Shown here in pieces: positions 26,552-38,324 of a stretch of 64,000 nucleotides of DNA (the first letter of the stretch is position 1; each line of letters opens with the position of its first letter). The notes under the pieces are model-generated. The model saw only the letters and a program-made list of their open reading frames with translations, had not been told where the DNA came from and did not search any database. This DNA is from Octopus vulgaris (Eukaryota). A program made the translations under genes and the position numbers. Where the stretch lies: contig OX597838.1 in the NCBI GenBank assembly GCA_951406725.2, positions 29,822,001 to 29,886,000 on the forward strand. The letters run 5' to 3'.

Positions 26552-26757
26552 TTTACTCTTTTACTTGTTTCAGTCATTTGACTGCGGCCATGCTGGAGCA
26601 CCGCCTTTAGTCGAGCAAATCGACCCCGGGACTTATTCTTTGTAAGCCTAGTACTTATTCTATCGGTCTCTTTTGGCCGAACCGCTAAGTTACGGTGACG
26701 TAAACACACCAGCATCGGTTGTCAAGCAATGCTAGGGTGACAAACACAGACACACAA

Positions 26758-26805
<48 letters not shown>

Positions 26806-27274
26806 TACATATATACGACGGGGCTTCTTTCAGTTTCCGTCTACCAAATCTACTCACAATATATATATCTTTTACTCTTTTACTTGTTTCAGTCATTTGA
26901 CTGTGGCCGTGCTGGAGTACCGCCTTTAGTCGAGCAAATCGACCCCGGGACTTATTCTTTGTAAGCCTAGTACTTATTCTATCGGTCTCTTTTGCCGAAC
27001 CGCCAAGTTACGGAGACGTAAACACACCAGCATCGGTTGTTAAGCGATATTGGAGGGACAAACACAGACACATAAACATACACACACACATACACATATA
27101 TATACATATATACGACGGGGCTTCTTTCAGTTTCCGTCTACCAAATCCACTCACAAGGCTTTGGTCGGCCCGAGGCTATAGTAGAAGACACTTGCCCAAA
27201 GTGCCACGCAGTGGGACTGAACCCGGAACGATGTGGTTGGTAAGCAAGCTACTTACCACACAGCCACTCCTACG

Positions 27275-27278
<4 letters not shown>
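26550..27278 (-). mobile_element. Two tandem CORE-type SINEs (partial 26550-26857, full 26868-27278)
   Basis: Direct similarity to family consensus. Confidence 0.85.
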
Positions 27279-27318
<40 letters not shown>

Positions 27319-27326
27319 TTGTAAAT

Positions 27327-27550
27327 ATAGGTGGATGTTTTGAAAAGTTCCTGGCTTTAGGGGTGTCGCGAAAAGCCTGGCTGGAGGCTCAACCTTCCAA
27401 GTTCTTCTACAGGGCTTGGCTAAAACTGAAAGACTACTGCAATAAGTGGGTGAATCTGAGAGGGCAATATGTTGAATAAAATCATAATTTAACTGATCCT
27501 ATTGTATTTTGTTTTACCCAAAACCAGGAACTTTTAAGCACTCCCTTGTA
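27327..27550 (+). mobile_element. Mariner-derived MITE retaining the transposase C-terminus
   Basis: TIR-like AAAAGTTCCTGG / CCAGGAACTTTT; KLKDYCNKWVNLRGQYVE* matches the mariner terminal KC...G.Y.E motif. Confidence 0.65.
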
Positions 27551-27555
27551 TGTAT

Positions 27556-27587
<32 letters not shown>

Positions 27588-27589
<2 letters not shown>

Positions 27590-27865
27590 TATCCGCAGTG
27601 TACAATATCATATATCGATCATGGCTGATCTTACCCATCGGTTTGCCGCTAGGGGTACAACGGAATGTTAGGTAACAATCCAAGTATATGACCCCCACGT
27701 TCATCAGAGGTAGCACTGACCACATTTCATTCTATGTCGGCTACCTCTGATGAGCGTAAGGTTATATAATCGGATTGTTACTTAACATTCTGTTGTACCC
27801 CTTGCGCGAAACCGATTCGTAAGGTCAGTTGTGATGGATACATAATACTATACACTTCGGATAAT
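27588..27865. repeat. ~280-bp imperfect palindrome (arms 27588-27714 and 27740-27865) containing hammerhead motifs on both strands
   Basis: Arms pair over ~125 bp at roughly 80% by hand alignment. Confidence 0.9.
27740..27829 (+). ncRNA. Type I hammerhead ribozyme, canonical core
   Basis: Stem I ACCT(27743-46)/AGGT(27822-25); CTGATGA 27747-53; stem II GCGTAAGG/CCTTGCGC; GAAA 27808-11; short stem III AC/GT; GTA triplet with predicted cut after 27821. Confidence 0.75.
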
Positions 27866-28099
27866 AAATACCCACTCTATTGACAGATATAAAAGTGCAT
27901 CTTTTTCCTGACTTATGGACTTTTAAACGACTTATGTATATCATCATCATCATCATCATCGTTTAACGTCTGTTTTCCATGCTAGCATGGGTTGGACGGG
28001 TTTTGACTGAGGGCTGGCAACCAGATGGCTGCACTAGGCTCCAGTCTTGATCTGGCAGAGTTTCTACAGCTGGATGCCCTTCCTAACGCCAACCACTCT

Positions 28100-28171
<72 letters not shown>

Positions 28172-28174
<3 letters not shown>

Positions 28175-28366
28175 GTTAATCCAAACAAGAAAACACAAAA
28201 AAACACAACAACGCGAGGACGTGGAACAAATATAGTATTATTGGACGCTCAGGAAAGAAGGAGGTTTTAACGGTTCGAGCGGAGCTCTTCGTCGGAAACA
28301 TAGGAGAAGGAAAGATCCAGAGAAGGGAAGACAGAGGGAAAAAATCGCCAACGGTACACACGCGGT
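28172..28366 (-). mobile_element. Penelope-type short repeat (family P1) with degenerate minimal HHR
   Basis: Reverse complement of 52229-52431; core reads CCGACGA...GAAC; abuts (TA)n. Deleted copy at 23255-23418. Confidence 0.65.
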
Positions 28367-28373
28367 CTCGATT

Positions 28374-29729
28374 TGTAGAACGACCGTATGAAAGGAGATG
28401 GTGACGAATGAATGTCTCCTTTTAAACACCGCATGGTCGCCTTACAATATGAGCCGAAATATATACGTGCCAAAAAGAATAAGGAAGGAGACGACACAAC
28501 CGATATGCTTAAGAGAAAGGTTTATTCAGTGTGTTGACATGTGGGTAGCAGAGTGTCTGTGTGCTTGTGTGCGTTATATGTACACACATAATAAAGAACA
28601 ATAAGAAGACAATAGACAGACCGTCATTCATACAATAATGTGTATGTACAACAACGGTGTATGCGTGTGAGATGTGGAGGCGCAATGGCCCAGTGGTTAG
28701 GGCAGCGGACTCGCGGTCATAGGATCGCGGTTTCGATTCCCAGACCGGGCGTTGTGAGTGTTTATTGAGCGAAAACACCTAAAAGCTCAACGAGGCTCCG
28801 ACAGGGGATGGTGGTGATCCCTGCTGTACTCTTTCACCACAACTTTCTCTCACTCTTACTTCCTTTTTCTGTTGTACCTGTATTTCAAAGGGCCAGCCTT
28901 GTCACTCTCTGTGTCACGCTGAATATCCCCGAGAACTACGTTAAGGGTACACGTGTCTGTGGAGTGCTCAGCTACTTACACGTTAATTTCACGAGCAGGC
29001 TGTTCCGTTGATTCGGATCAACCGGAACCCTCGTCGTCGTAACCGACGGAGTGCTTCCAATGCGTGTGAGATAAAATACAGAGCATAGAAATGAGTCTCT
29101 CGTGACGCTAGAAGTAGAACACACAAGATGTGGATAAATACTAGTTCGTAGTAAGAAACGCAATTGTAATGGTTCTGTAACAATGAGGTTGAGGCAAAAG
29201 TGGAGAGCCGGTTACTACGCATGTAGAGGTTGTGGCTACTATCCTGTGTCGGGTTACTTGGTACAGAAAGATCTCGCAGGTAGACTTGGCTGTTAACCTT
29301 GGTGAGTATTCACAAATAGCGTGAAGTTAAACCTATGCGAATTGCATGAAGGCGACGGCGGAGAAAGGTCCTGAAATGCTGCTGGTGGTGTTGGTGTCGC
29401 GGTCGCTGGAACTGGCTGAGTCGCTGGAACTGGCTGAGTCGCTGGAACATGGCTGAGTCGCTCTGTGGTCAGAGGTTAGTCCTAAGAAGGACTAGAACCA
29501 AAGACAAGTAATAGTTTGTTGTGATTAGCTTTTAAAGAGTTTAATGGGCTCCAGAAGAGAACCTAGAAGACTGTGTCACGGGACCTTATCAGAAGGTTGT
29601 GATTGGCTGGATTACACATTGGCGCGAAATAAAGCAAGAGTTGAAACTGCACCAAAACCAACCAATCAGAGCAGCGGACACAAGTGGGCCTAAGCAGCCG
29701 AAGGCCGGCTGTTATACGCCACGTCCGCA
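28374..29729 (-). mobile_element. Unclassified LTR-like interspersed element
   Basis: Non-coding and CpG-rich relative to flanks; minus-strand AATAAA (~28520); CCAAT boxes; internal 18-bp tandem repeat at 29402-29462. No clear TG...CA/TSD pair. Confidence 0.35.
28674..29059 (+). mobile_element. Young full-length tRNA-derived SINE with 13-bp TSD
   Basis: TSD ATGCGTGTGAGAT at 28661-28673 and 29060-29072; near-identical copy at 53337-53700. Confidence 0.9.
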
Positions 29730-30439
29730 TTTGTATTATATCTCTCAGAGAGGGATAATGTATTTCACTAAGCGATACAGATTTATCTAAACTTTCAAAA
29801 TTTTATTTGTTTTTGTCATTAGACAGCAACCATGCTTGGACATCGTCTTGAAGGGTTTGACCGAACAATTAGCCCCCATTATTTATATTTTTCCAAGTCT
29901 GACATTCCTTTTATCTGTGTCTCATGTCGATGCGCTCCGGGGACGCCAGCTAAGACAGGTTATCGGTTGGTGGCGCTGGCGAAAACTCCATACACAGAGT
30001 TTTCGTCCACCAAATCCACTCACAGAGTATTGGTTGGACCAGGACTATAGTAGAAGGCTCATGGCCAAGGTATCGCGCTGTGGAACGGAATGTGAAACCA
30101 CCTGCTTGCAAAACTAGCTTCTCCACCACACAGCTACGACTGCGCTTGGAAAAGAACCACCCGGAAAATTAAAAATGACGAGTAAAATTGATAACCATAA
30201 AGTGAATCCTGTTAAGAATAAATTCTTGTATTGCTAACCCCAAGACGGAAGGTAGCACCTATGACTTCTTAAAGAGCTTCCACGACTATGAGTTGAAGGG
30301 AGAGAGGTATCCATAAATCTGTTAAGTGACTCGAATGTTTATAACCGAGGGGGCTGCCCTAAAGACACTTAAGGACCGGGTGGTGTGGTTAAACAGGGCA
30401 ATGATGTGTTAATTTTAATAGGGCGAGAAGAAAATAAGC

Positions 30440-30995
30440 AGGCTGTGTGGTAAGAAGTTTATTTCCCCACCGCATGGTTCCGGGTTCAATCCCACTGCGT
30501 GGCACCTTGGGCAAATGTCTTCTATTATAGCCTCAGGTTGACCAAAGGCTTGCGCAAGGATTTGGTAGACGGAAACTTAATGGCAGACCTTTGTACTGCA
30601 ATGCCAGGCCAACACGTGGCAAAGGCGGAGCAAGCCCCTAACTCTTCGCCTCGTTCTAAAAATCAATCTAACATAGATGATCCCTTAATAGGGACCGTAT
30701 CAGATATTAAGCTGATAAGAACAAATACTACACTTTGATCTTAGCCAGAAGTCCGAAAAAAAGTATGTATGCATGTGCGTGTGTGTGTGTGTGTTTGCCC
30801 CTCCTCCACCGACCACTTGACAGCCGGTGTTAGTTTGCTTACATCCCCGTAACTTAGCGGCTCTGCAAAAAAGAGACCGATAGAATATGTAACAGGTTTT
30901 TAAAAATATTGGGGTCAATTCATTCGACTAAACCCCTTCAAGTTGGTGCCCCAGCATGGCCGCAGTCCAGTGACTGAAAGCAGTGAAAGATAAAA
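30440..30995 (+). mobile_element. CORE-type SINE interrupted by a U2 copy
   Basis: Head and core up to GGAAACT (~30577); tail resumes at ~30767. Confidence 0.8.
30581..30766 (-). pseudogene. U2: U2 snRNA pseudogene (near full length)
   Basis: Minus strand CTTCTGGCTAAGATCAAAGTGTAGTATTTGTTCTTATCAGCTTAATATCTGATACG...GATTTTTAG (Sm-like)...GGGCTTGCTCC...CCTGGCATTGCAGTAC matches U2; degenerate 5' end; no snRNA gene context. Confidence 0.9.
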
Positions 30996-31295
30996 TATAA
31001 ATCGTAAAAATTACAATATGTTATTCTCTTACTGGTTTCAGTCATTAGACTGCGGCCATGCTGAGGCACTGCATTGAAGAATTTTTTAGTCAAATGAATC
31101 GACCCCAGTACTTATTTATTAAGTCCGGTACCCTATTCTGTCGGGATCTGTTACCCAACTACTAAGTTACAGGAACATAAACACGCCAACACCGGTTGTC
31201 AAACAGTGGTGGGGGAACATAAACACGGAGACACACACGATGGGCTTCTTTCAGTTTCCGTCTATCAAATCCACTCACAAGGCATTGGTCGGCCC

Positions 31296-32260
31296 GGCGA
31301 GCTGGCAGAACCGTTAGCACGCCGGGCGAAATGCGAAGCCGTATTTCGTCTGCCGTTACGTTCTGAGTTCAAATTCCGCCGAGGTCGACTTTGCCTTTCA
31401 TCCTTTCTGGGTCGATAAATTAAGTATCAGTTACGCAGTGGGGTCGATGTAATCGACTTAATCCATTTGTCTGTCCTTGTTTGTCCCCTCTGTGTTTAGC
31501 CCCTTGTGGGTAGTAAAGAAATAGGTATCTCGCCCATCGCTACGTTCTGAGTTCAAATTCCGCCGAGGTCGTCTTTGCCTTTCATCCTTTCGGGGTCGAT
31601 AAATTAAGTACCAGTTACGCACTGGGGTCGATGTAATCGACTTAATCCGTTTGTCTGTCCTTGTTTGTCCTCTCTGTGTTTAGCCCCTTGTGGGTAGTAA
31701 AGAAATAGGTATTTCGTCTGCCGCTACGTTCTGAGTTCAAATTCCGCCGAGGTCGACTTTGCTTTTCATCCTTTCGGGGTCGATAAATTAAGTACCAGTT
31801 ACACAGTGGGGTCGATGTAATCGACTTAATCCGTTTTGTCAGTCCTTGTTTGTCCCCTCTGTGTTTAGCCCCTTGTGGGTAGTAAAGAAATAGGTATCTC
31901 GCCCATCGCTACGTTCTGAGTTCAAATTTCCGCCGAGGTCGACTTTACCTTTCATCCTTTCGGGGTCGATAAACTAAGTACCAGTTACGTAGTGGGGTCG
32001 ATGTAATCGACTTAATCCGTTTGTCTGTCCTTGTTTGTCCCCTCTGTGTTTAGCCCCTTGTGGGTAGTAAAGAAATAGGTATCTCGCCCATCGCTACGTT
32101 CTGAGTTCAATTTCCGCCGAGGTCGACTTTGCCTTTCATCCTTTCGGAGTCGATAAATTAAGTACCAGTTACGCAGTGGGGTCGATGTAATCGACTTAAT
32201 CCGTTTGTCTGTCCTTGTTTGTCCCCTCTGTGTTTAGCCCTTGTGGGTAGCAAAGAAATA
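31296..32260 (+). repeat. Head-to-tail array of five ~184-bp Meta-like SINE units, inserted in a minus-strand CORE SINE (31025-32365)
   Basis: Unit junctions AAAGAAATA|GGTAT at 31524, 31708, 31893 and 32078; only the first unit has the 5' head. Confidence 0.9.
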
Positions 32261-32559
32261 GCTATTGCAGAAGACACTTGTCGAAAGCGTCACGCAGTGG
32301 GGGTAAAACCCAGAATCACGCGGTTGCGAAGCAAGTTACTTTACCACACAGCCACGCCTGCGCCTAAATTAATAAAAATTAAGCTAGGTTTTCATTTTAT
32401 TTATAATTTTTAATAAAAAGGTGTTAATTACGTAATTATAGTTTTGCAACTTTCAGAATTATTCTGCTGCTAAGATTTTGTGGTAAAAGTACTTGAAAAC
32501 TGTTATCTAATATTTTCCTGTTTTCAAGTGGGATGTTAATTCCAGCTATTAAACGCCGC

Positions 32560-33506
32560 ACAATTAAATCCTGCTTTCCGTTTTTCCCCCCAGCCTCCAC
32601 CTTACATCAAGTGCTCGGTCTGTTTTCTAAATCGTTAAAACGTCTAAGTCCCTCCTTCTGGCACCACGTGGAGGCACAACGACATTGTTAAAAGCTCAGC
32701 CCGTGACTATTGCACTGTTGCTGGCTGCCGCCGCTGCTGCTGCTGATTTTTTCGTTGCTTTGCTTTGCTTTGCTTTACCGGAGGGAGGTTTGTTGGAAGA
32801 TCTTTACGTCATTCTAAAACCAACCACCCCCTCTCTCCGCTTCACTCTCTCTCTCACTGTCTCTCTACCTTTTCGCCCTTCCTCTTTCCCTCCCTCCGTT
32901 TTATATCTCTGTCTCTATCGCCGTACACGAGTGTGTGTGTGTATGTGTATGTGTAGGTTATAGAGACATGTATGTGTATACGCGTCGATGTCTGTGTGTG
33001 TGTGTGTGTGCGTGTGTTTATTATCATAAACGGCCATTTTGACTGACTTGCCAAAGCTCTAGAAGCTCTCCCTCAGCTCGAACCAGCGAGACTTCAGTGT
33101 CTATTAAAAAAAAAAAAAACAACAAAAAACAAAAAAAAAAACACACACAACAGATAAATATATACAACGTGATTTTTTTTTTTTTCATTCTTTCTTCTCC
33201 TTCACAACAATATTCCGAAGGAAGGAAGAAAGATTTTTTAGTTGACAAGCGGTTTGGACAAAAAGAGACAAAAAAAAAAAAAAAAAAAAAGGACCACCAC
33301 CGCCGCCGCCGCCGCCACCAACTACAATAACCCCCCTCCCCTCCATAAGAACAACATATAGTAGTTCAGTCTCTTTTCCGAGTCTCTTCTTCTTCTTTCT
33401 CTTCCTCTTTCTTCATCAGTTTTGTGAGGAGAGAAGAAAAAAGTGAGAGAGAAAGAGTGGAAGCGAGAGAGAGCACTGTTAAATATCTCTTTAAGTGTTT
33501 GAATGA
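32560..33506 (+). promoter_or_regulatory. Putative promoter / 5' UTR of the downstream gene
   Basis: SINE-free, relatively CpG-rich stretch upstream of the ATG exon; E-box CACGTG 32665-32670; CRE-like TTACGTCA 32804-32811. Confidence 0.4.
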
Positions 33507-33606
33507 ATGGAAACTAGGAAAATGGCCAGAAAAGTCTCCTTGCTCACCGCCGGACTATTGTTGACAATAATAATTCACCTGTGCGGGCTAACTAATGCAA
33601 TCTCAG
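33507..33606 (+). CDS. First coding exon of a secreted or membrane protein (signal peptide)
   Basis: (METRK)MARKVSLLTAGLLLTIIIHLCGLTNAIS: basic N-region, hydrophobic core, TNA cleavage-like motif. AAAATGG Kozak context at 33522; perfect donor CAG|GTAAGT, phase 1. Confidence 0.75.
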
Positions 33607-33835
33607 GTAAGTTGGCCTTTTTTTTTTATTTAAAATAAACATATATCCGTAATTTATGTACGTATATATATATATATATCACTATATATGTGTGTGTATA
33701 TAGTATATATATTTCCTCAATCGTCTATTGAACCTATATTTAATGTCTTACAACTAATTCTTCCTCTTTCATTTTCATGCTTTTTACCTTATAATATAAT
33801 AATCATGATTTATCAGGTGGTTGTCTGTGTGTATA

Positions 33836-33872
<37 letters not shown>

Positions 33873-34725
33873 CTGTGTTTTGTGGTAAGGTTGTGTTTTT
33901 TTTTAGTTGCTGGGGTGAGAGTGAAAAAAAAATTGCGGTTGTTTGTTATATACCATTATTAATTAATCTTCCTAATTAATGTTTTGTTTATCAATACAAA
34001 ATTTAAAAAGAGAGATAAGGAAATAATAAATTCATTTTTATTTGTTTCTCTGAATAAATAATTAACTGTCGGCATAATTTTCTTTCATACAATCTATATG
34101 TTTATTTATCATGGTCTTTAATAAATGTATACACTATATCGATGGCCATTATATATACTCCATATATACACACATATATATATGTATGTATATGTTTGTA
34201 TGTATATTATTCAAATATATGCATACGTAGCTATGGACATTATCGCCTATATATGTATATATAAGACATGATTTCCTAAATATATACACACACACAGAGC
34301 CATGGATATTTTCGCTCGAACACAGAACACACACATACATATATTATATATGTGTGTATATATACATACATACATGTATGTATGTATATACAGTGTGTGT
34401 GTCTGTAGTGTTTATTTGTAAATGTAATGTCTCCTCCTTTCGTCGTCGACCCTTCTGTTAGAATAAAGGAGACCAATGGCTTCGGAAGGGACAGACGAAA
34501 ACAGAGAGAGAGAGAGAGAGAAAAAAAAATGCTAGAAATGAAACTAAGATGGTAAATGTAAAGTCGCAATACGGCTTTTTTTGGTCAGAGTCTCGATGGT
34601 GGAACGATGCCTTTCATTGCAAGGTGGTTGCTACTGGTCGTTGTTTTCTTGTCTTGCTTGTCCACTTCTCTCACCTGCTTGGCCTCATTCCTTATCCTAC
34701 CTTTTATATTTGCATATACCTATAC

Positions 34726-34757
<32 letters not shown>

Positions 34758-36744
34758 CTTTATGTATAATGTCGTTTCGTTATGTGTGTGTATAGTTTAA
34801 CTATCATACAAATATCATTGCATGCCCAGTTATTTTCTACCTATAATGTTTGTATATATAATATATATATATATATATAAGTGTGCGCGTGTGTATATAT
34901 ATATAAAGTGTTCCGTAGATACATGTAAAACACTATCAACCATCATTACATGCACAAACATATATGAGCGTGTGTGTATGATCGAATAGGCTTAGAGAGA
35001 ATACATCTTTCTCACTATATATATGTATATATATATGTGTGTATATGTATATGTATGCGCAAACCGATTATCAGGTGTGTGTGTATAGCAACAATCGAAT
35101 ATGTTTGTTGGAAATTTTGATGTGAAATGCAATCGACATCTCAGGTGTGTGTATGTGTATATATATATATATATATATACCCTCATATGTACACAGTTTT
35201 TCAGGTAAATGATGTATATGAATGTGTATCAAGAAGCATTTACAATTAATTGATCTTTTAACGATTATCGAGAGAGATCAAATAAATTTCTTAATTTTTC
35301 CTCGGTGCTAATCAATTTGCAAGTTTCCTATTTTTTTTTTTTTTTAATTCGATATTTCTAAACGGAAATCATTAAATAAAAGATTAATTTTCCCCAACCT
35401 CCTGTTAAACGGTTAGGAAACAATTATTTTTTATTAATTTTATTATCTTCAATTACAATTTAAATTCTGTTCTGGGTAATCCTCGCTTCTGCAGTCGTAA
35501 ATTCAAATTTGTCTTTTGATTGTGCTTCTATATATATATATATATAATGTGTGTGTATCTAAACGCATTTGCACGTGTGTATATAATGTGTACACATGTA
35601 TGTGTGTATGTGTGACAGCGGACTTAAAGGGCCAATTTTAATTTAGGATCGTGAAACCCTTGTGTTTGAAGTTCAATTTTTATTGCAAAATATAAATCGA
35701 AACAAGTCCGGGGCGGAATGAGTAATTTTATCAGCCTTTCATGGTTTCTGTATTTCCTACCGATTCCTACAGGTAGCAAAAGACATTCTCCTCTATTCTC
35801 ATGATCTCTTCTCTGCAAAACACAGATTCAGAACCAAATATTTTATTTCAAGGTGCGTGTTGATAAGATGTGATCGATCAGATCGAACCTTAAACATATT
35901 ACTGCTGTTTTTCTTTTTTTTTTTTTATCGATTCTGTTCAAATGTAATCAATAAAGTTATAAGTAAGATAAAAAGAAATTTAGTCTTAATCCCCGGCGAC
36001 ATTTTAACTAGGAAGCCAGATTTTAGGTGTTCGATTATAGTGGTGTTAATTTATATATATACATCACGGATTTTACCTGTCTGAACGGTATTCAGTTTTA
36101 TATATATATATATATATATATAATATGCACATACACAATGTAAATACGCATACATATTTCATACACGCACGCATATATATATGTATATATGTGTGTGTGT
36201 ATATTCATATACACACACGACACACAGCACGTATGCATATACATCCGCACAAATGTATTTGTATCAATGTGCGCAACGTCATGGAATTTGTTGGAATAAA
36301 TCTTCCAAACCAGGCATCACAAGGTTTTGAGATCAATTCTTCTCATAGTATAACTGCAATAACATTTTCAAGCCATTTATTATTTTTTTTTCCTGCCCTA
36401 ATTGCACGGAAACCAGCCACAGTTTAATATTTTAATGTTGTGCGTTGGAATGTCGCCAAGATCGACACTTGCTTTTTTTTTTTTTTCGTTCCTTCTTCCA
36501 AAAAGTCGATAAAGTACCAAGCACTCGATGGAGCGGGGTCAGGCAGTGGAATCGGCAGAAACGGTAGAGCGTCGGATGAAATCGCTTTGCGATATTTAGT
36601 TGCGTCCCTTTACGTTCCGTGTTCGAACCTCGCCGAGGGTGGAGATTCTAGCTTGCCTGTTGTACCTCTAGGATTCGAAAACAGAAAGCATCACTGAAAC
36701 ACTGAGGCATCGATTTTTATGCATCGTTAATGAGAAAGGAATTG

Positions 36745-36805
<61 letters not shown>

Positions 36806-36811
36806 ATATAT

Positions 36812-36847
<36 letters not shown>

Positions 36848-38324
36848 CCTTCAAAATGTGTGGCCTTGTGCCTCTGTACGTTAGCAATTAAATTTATTGA
36901 TTCGATTTGCAAACCTGTAAAAATAAATGGAAGTGTGACCTTTATAAAGACGATGCATATTTAAACCCCTGTCTTCGCGCGTGTGTGTGTGTGTGTGTGT
37001 ATAATCATTTCCTAAGGTGTGCATATATGTCGTTGGAAATAATAATAAAAAAAAAGAGACACCTGAATACGATGGAAGAATAGACCGATCGAAATGCAGT
37101 GTGCGTAGTAGGAAGGCCAATAAATGAGAGCCGTTTAACTTCAGCGCACTGAAGCACCTGTTGTTGCTGCTTCAAATAACGCACTTGTCTGTGAATTGCA
37201 CTCACTTCCTTGGAAGGGATGGTCGTTGCCCTGGGCTTGTCCCACCTGTAGAGCTTAGTCTAGAGTTCGCCTACAAGAACAAACAAACAGATCTGGGTGG
37301 GCGGGTGGCAGCAGAATATTTGGTGTTTTTTTTTCGTTTCCTCTGCATTCTGAGTTCAAATCTTGACGGGTTTTGCCTTGATTTTTTTTTTATTATCATT
37401 TCTAGGCCAATAAAATAACTATTTATCTAGACAACAGTGTTATATAGTACACTATATATTTATCTCTCTCTCTCTTTGCCCTCAGGATATTAAATATTTG
37501 ATCTTGTACTTAACTGAAAACAAATCCTTCACACATCTATCATCCAATATTTCCCCTCAAATTATATGTAAAGGTCGGATGTGTGTACACACACATAAAA
37601 CAATGCTGATTGGAAATAGAATTTATTTTTGGGGCAATTGTTTTTGTTTTTGCCTTTTAACATATGTGTGTGTGTGTTTGTGTGTGTATTACATGTGTAA
37701 TGATTTAGCTTGGTTGGTCTATAACATCCATTTCTTTTCGTTTCGGTATAAATAAATCATCGCAATGGCGTTGTATTTATTATAAATTATGAATGTATAA
37801 CAATAATAATAATAATAAAAAAAAAGAGAGGGAAAATATAATTGCTACACCAACAGCAACAACCACAACAACAAAAATAATATTGCAGATATTCAAGATT
37901 CACATCGGAAATTATATAAAATTAGGCCATTATAGAAGGATTTCCAGGTATTAATAATATTGTACTATCAAAATAAATAAATATATAAATAAAATTATTT
38001 TTTGCTTATATCAATATATTATTATTATTATTATTATTTTTTTTTATTTTTTATATCTGTCCAATTATTGAGATATAATTAATTTGAACGCAGCAAACGT
38101 AAAAAAAAAATCGAAGAAAGAAGGATAAAAATGAAAGGAACAAGCATATTTCGTTCATTATATAGTTATGGTGGTTGTACGTATATCGATTTTTATAATT
38201 GATTTTATTTTTTATATTATTTGACATTTTAACGTTTTTTTGATCATTACGCACGCGCGCACATACACAACAACAACAACAGCAACACATAAAGAGAGAA
38301 AATACACACTCAATCCTGAACACT

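Noticed and set aside
31296-32260. CRISPR-like array
   Set aside because: Eukaryotic context; the units are whole SINE bodies with no unique spacers and no cas genes.
37460-37500. Strong-looking acceptor (CTCTTTGCCCTCAG) as exon 2
   Set aside because: Phase-1 continuation hits a stop at once (GGA TAT TAA).
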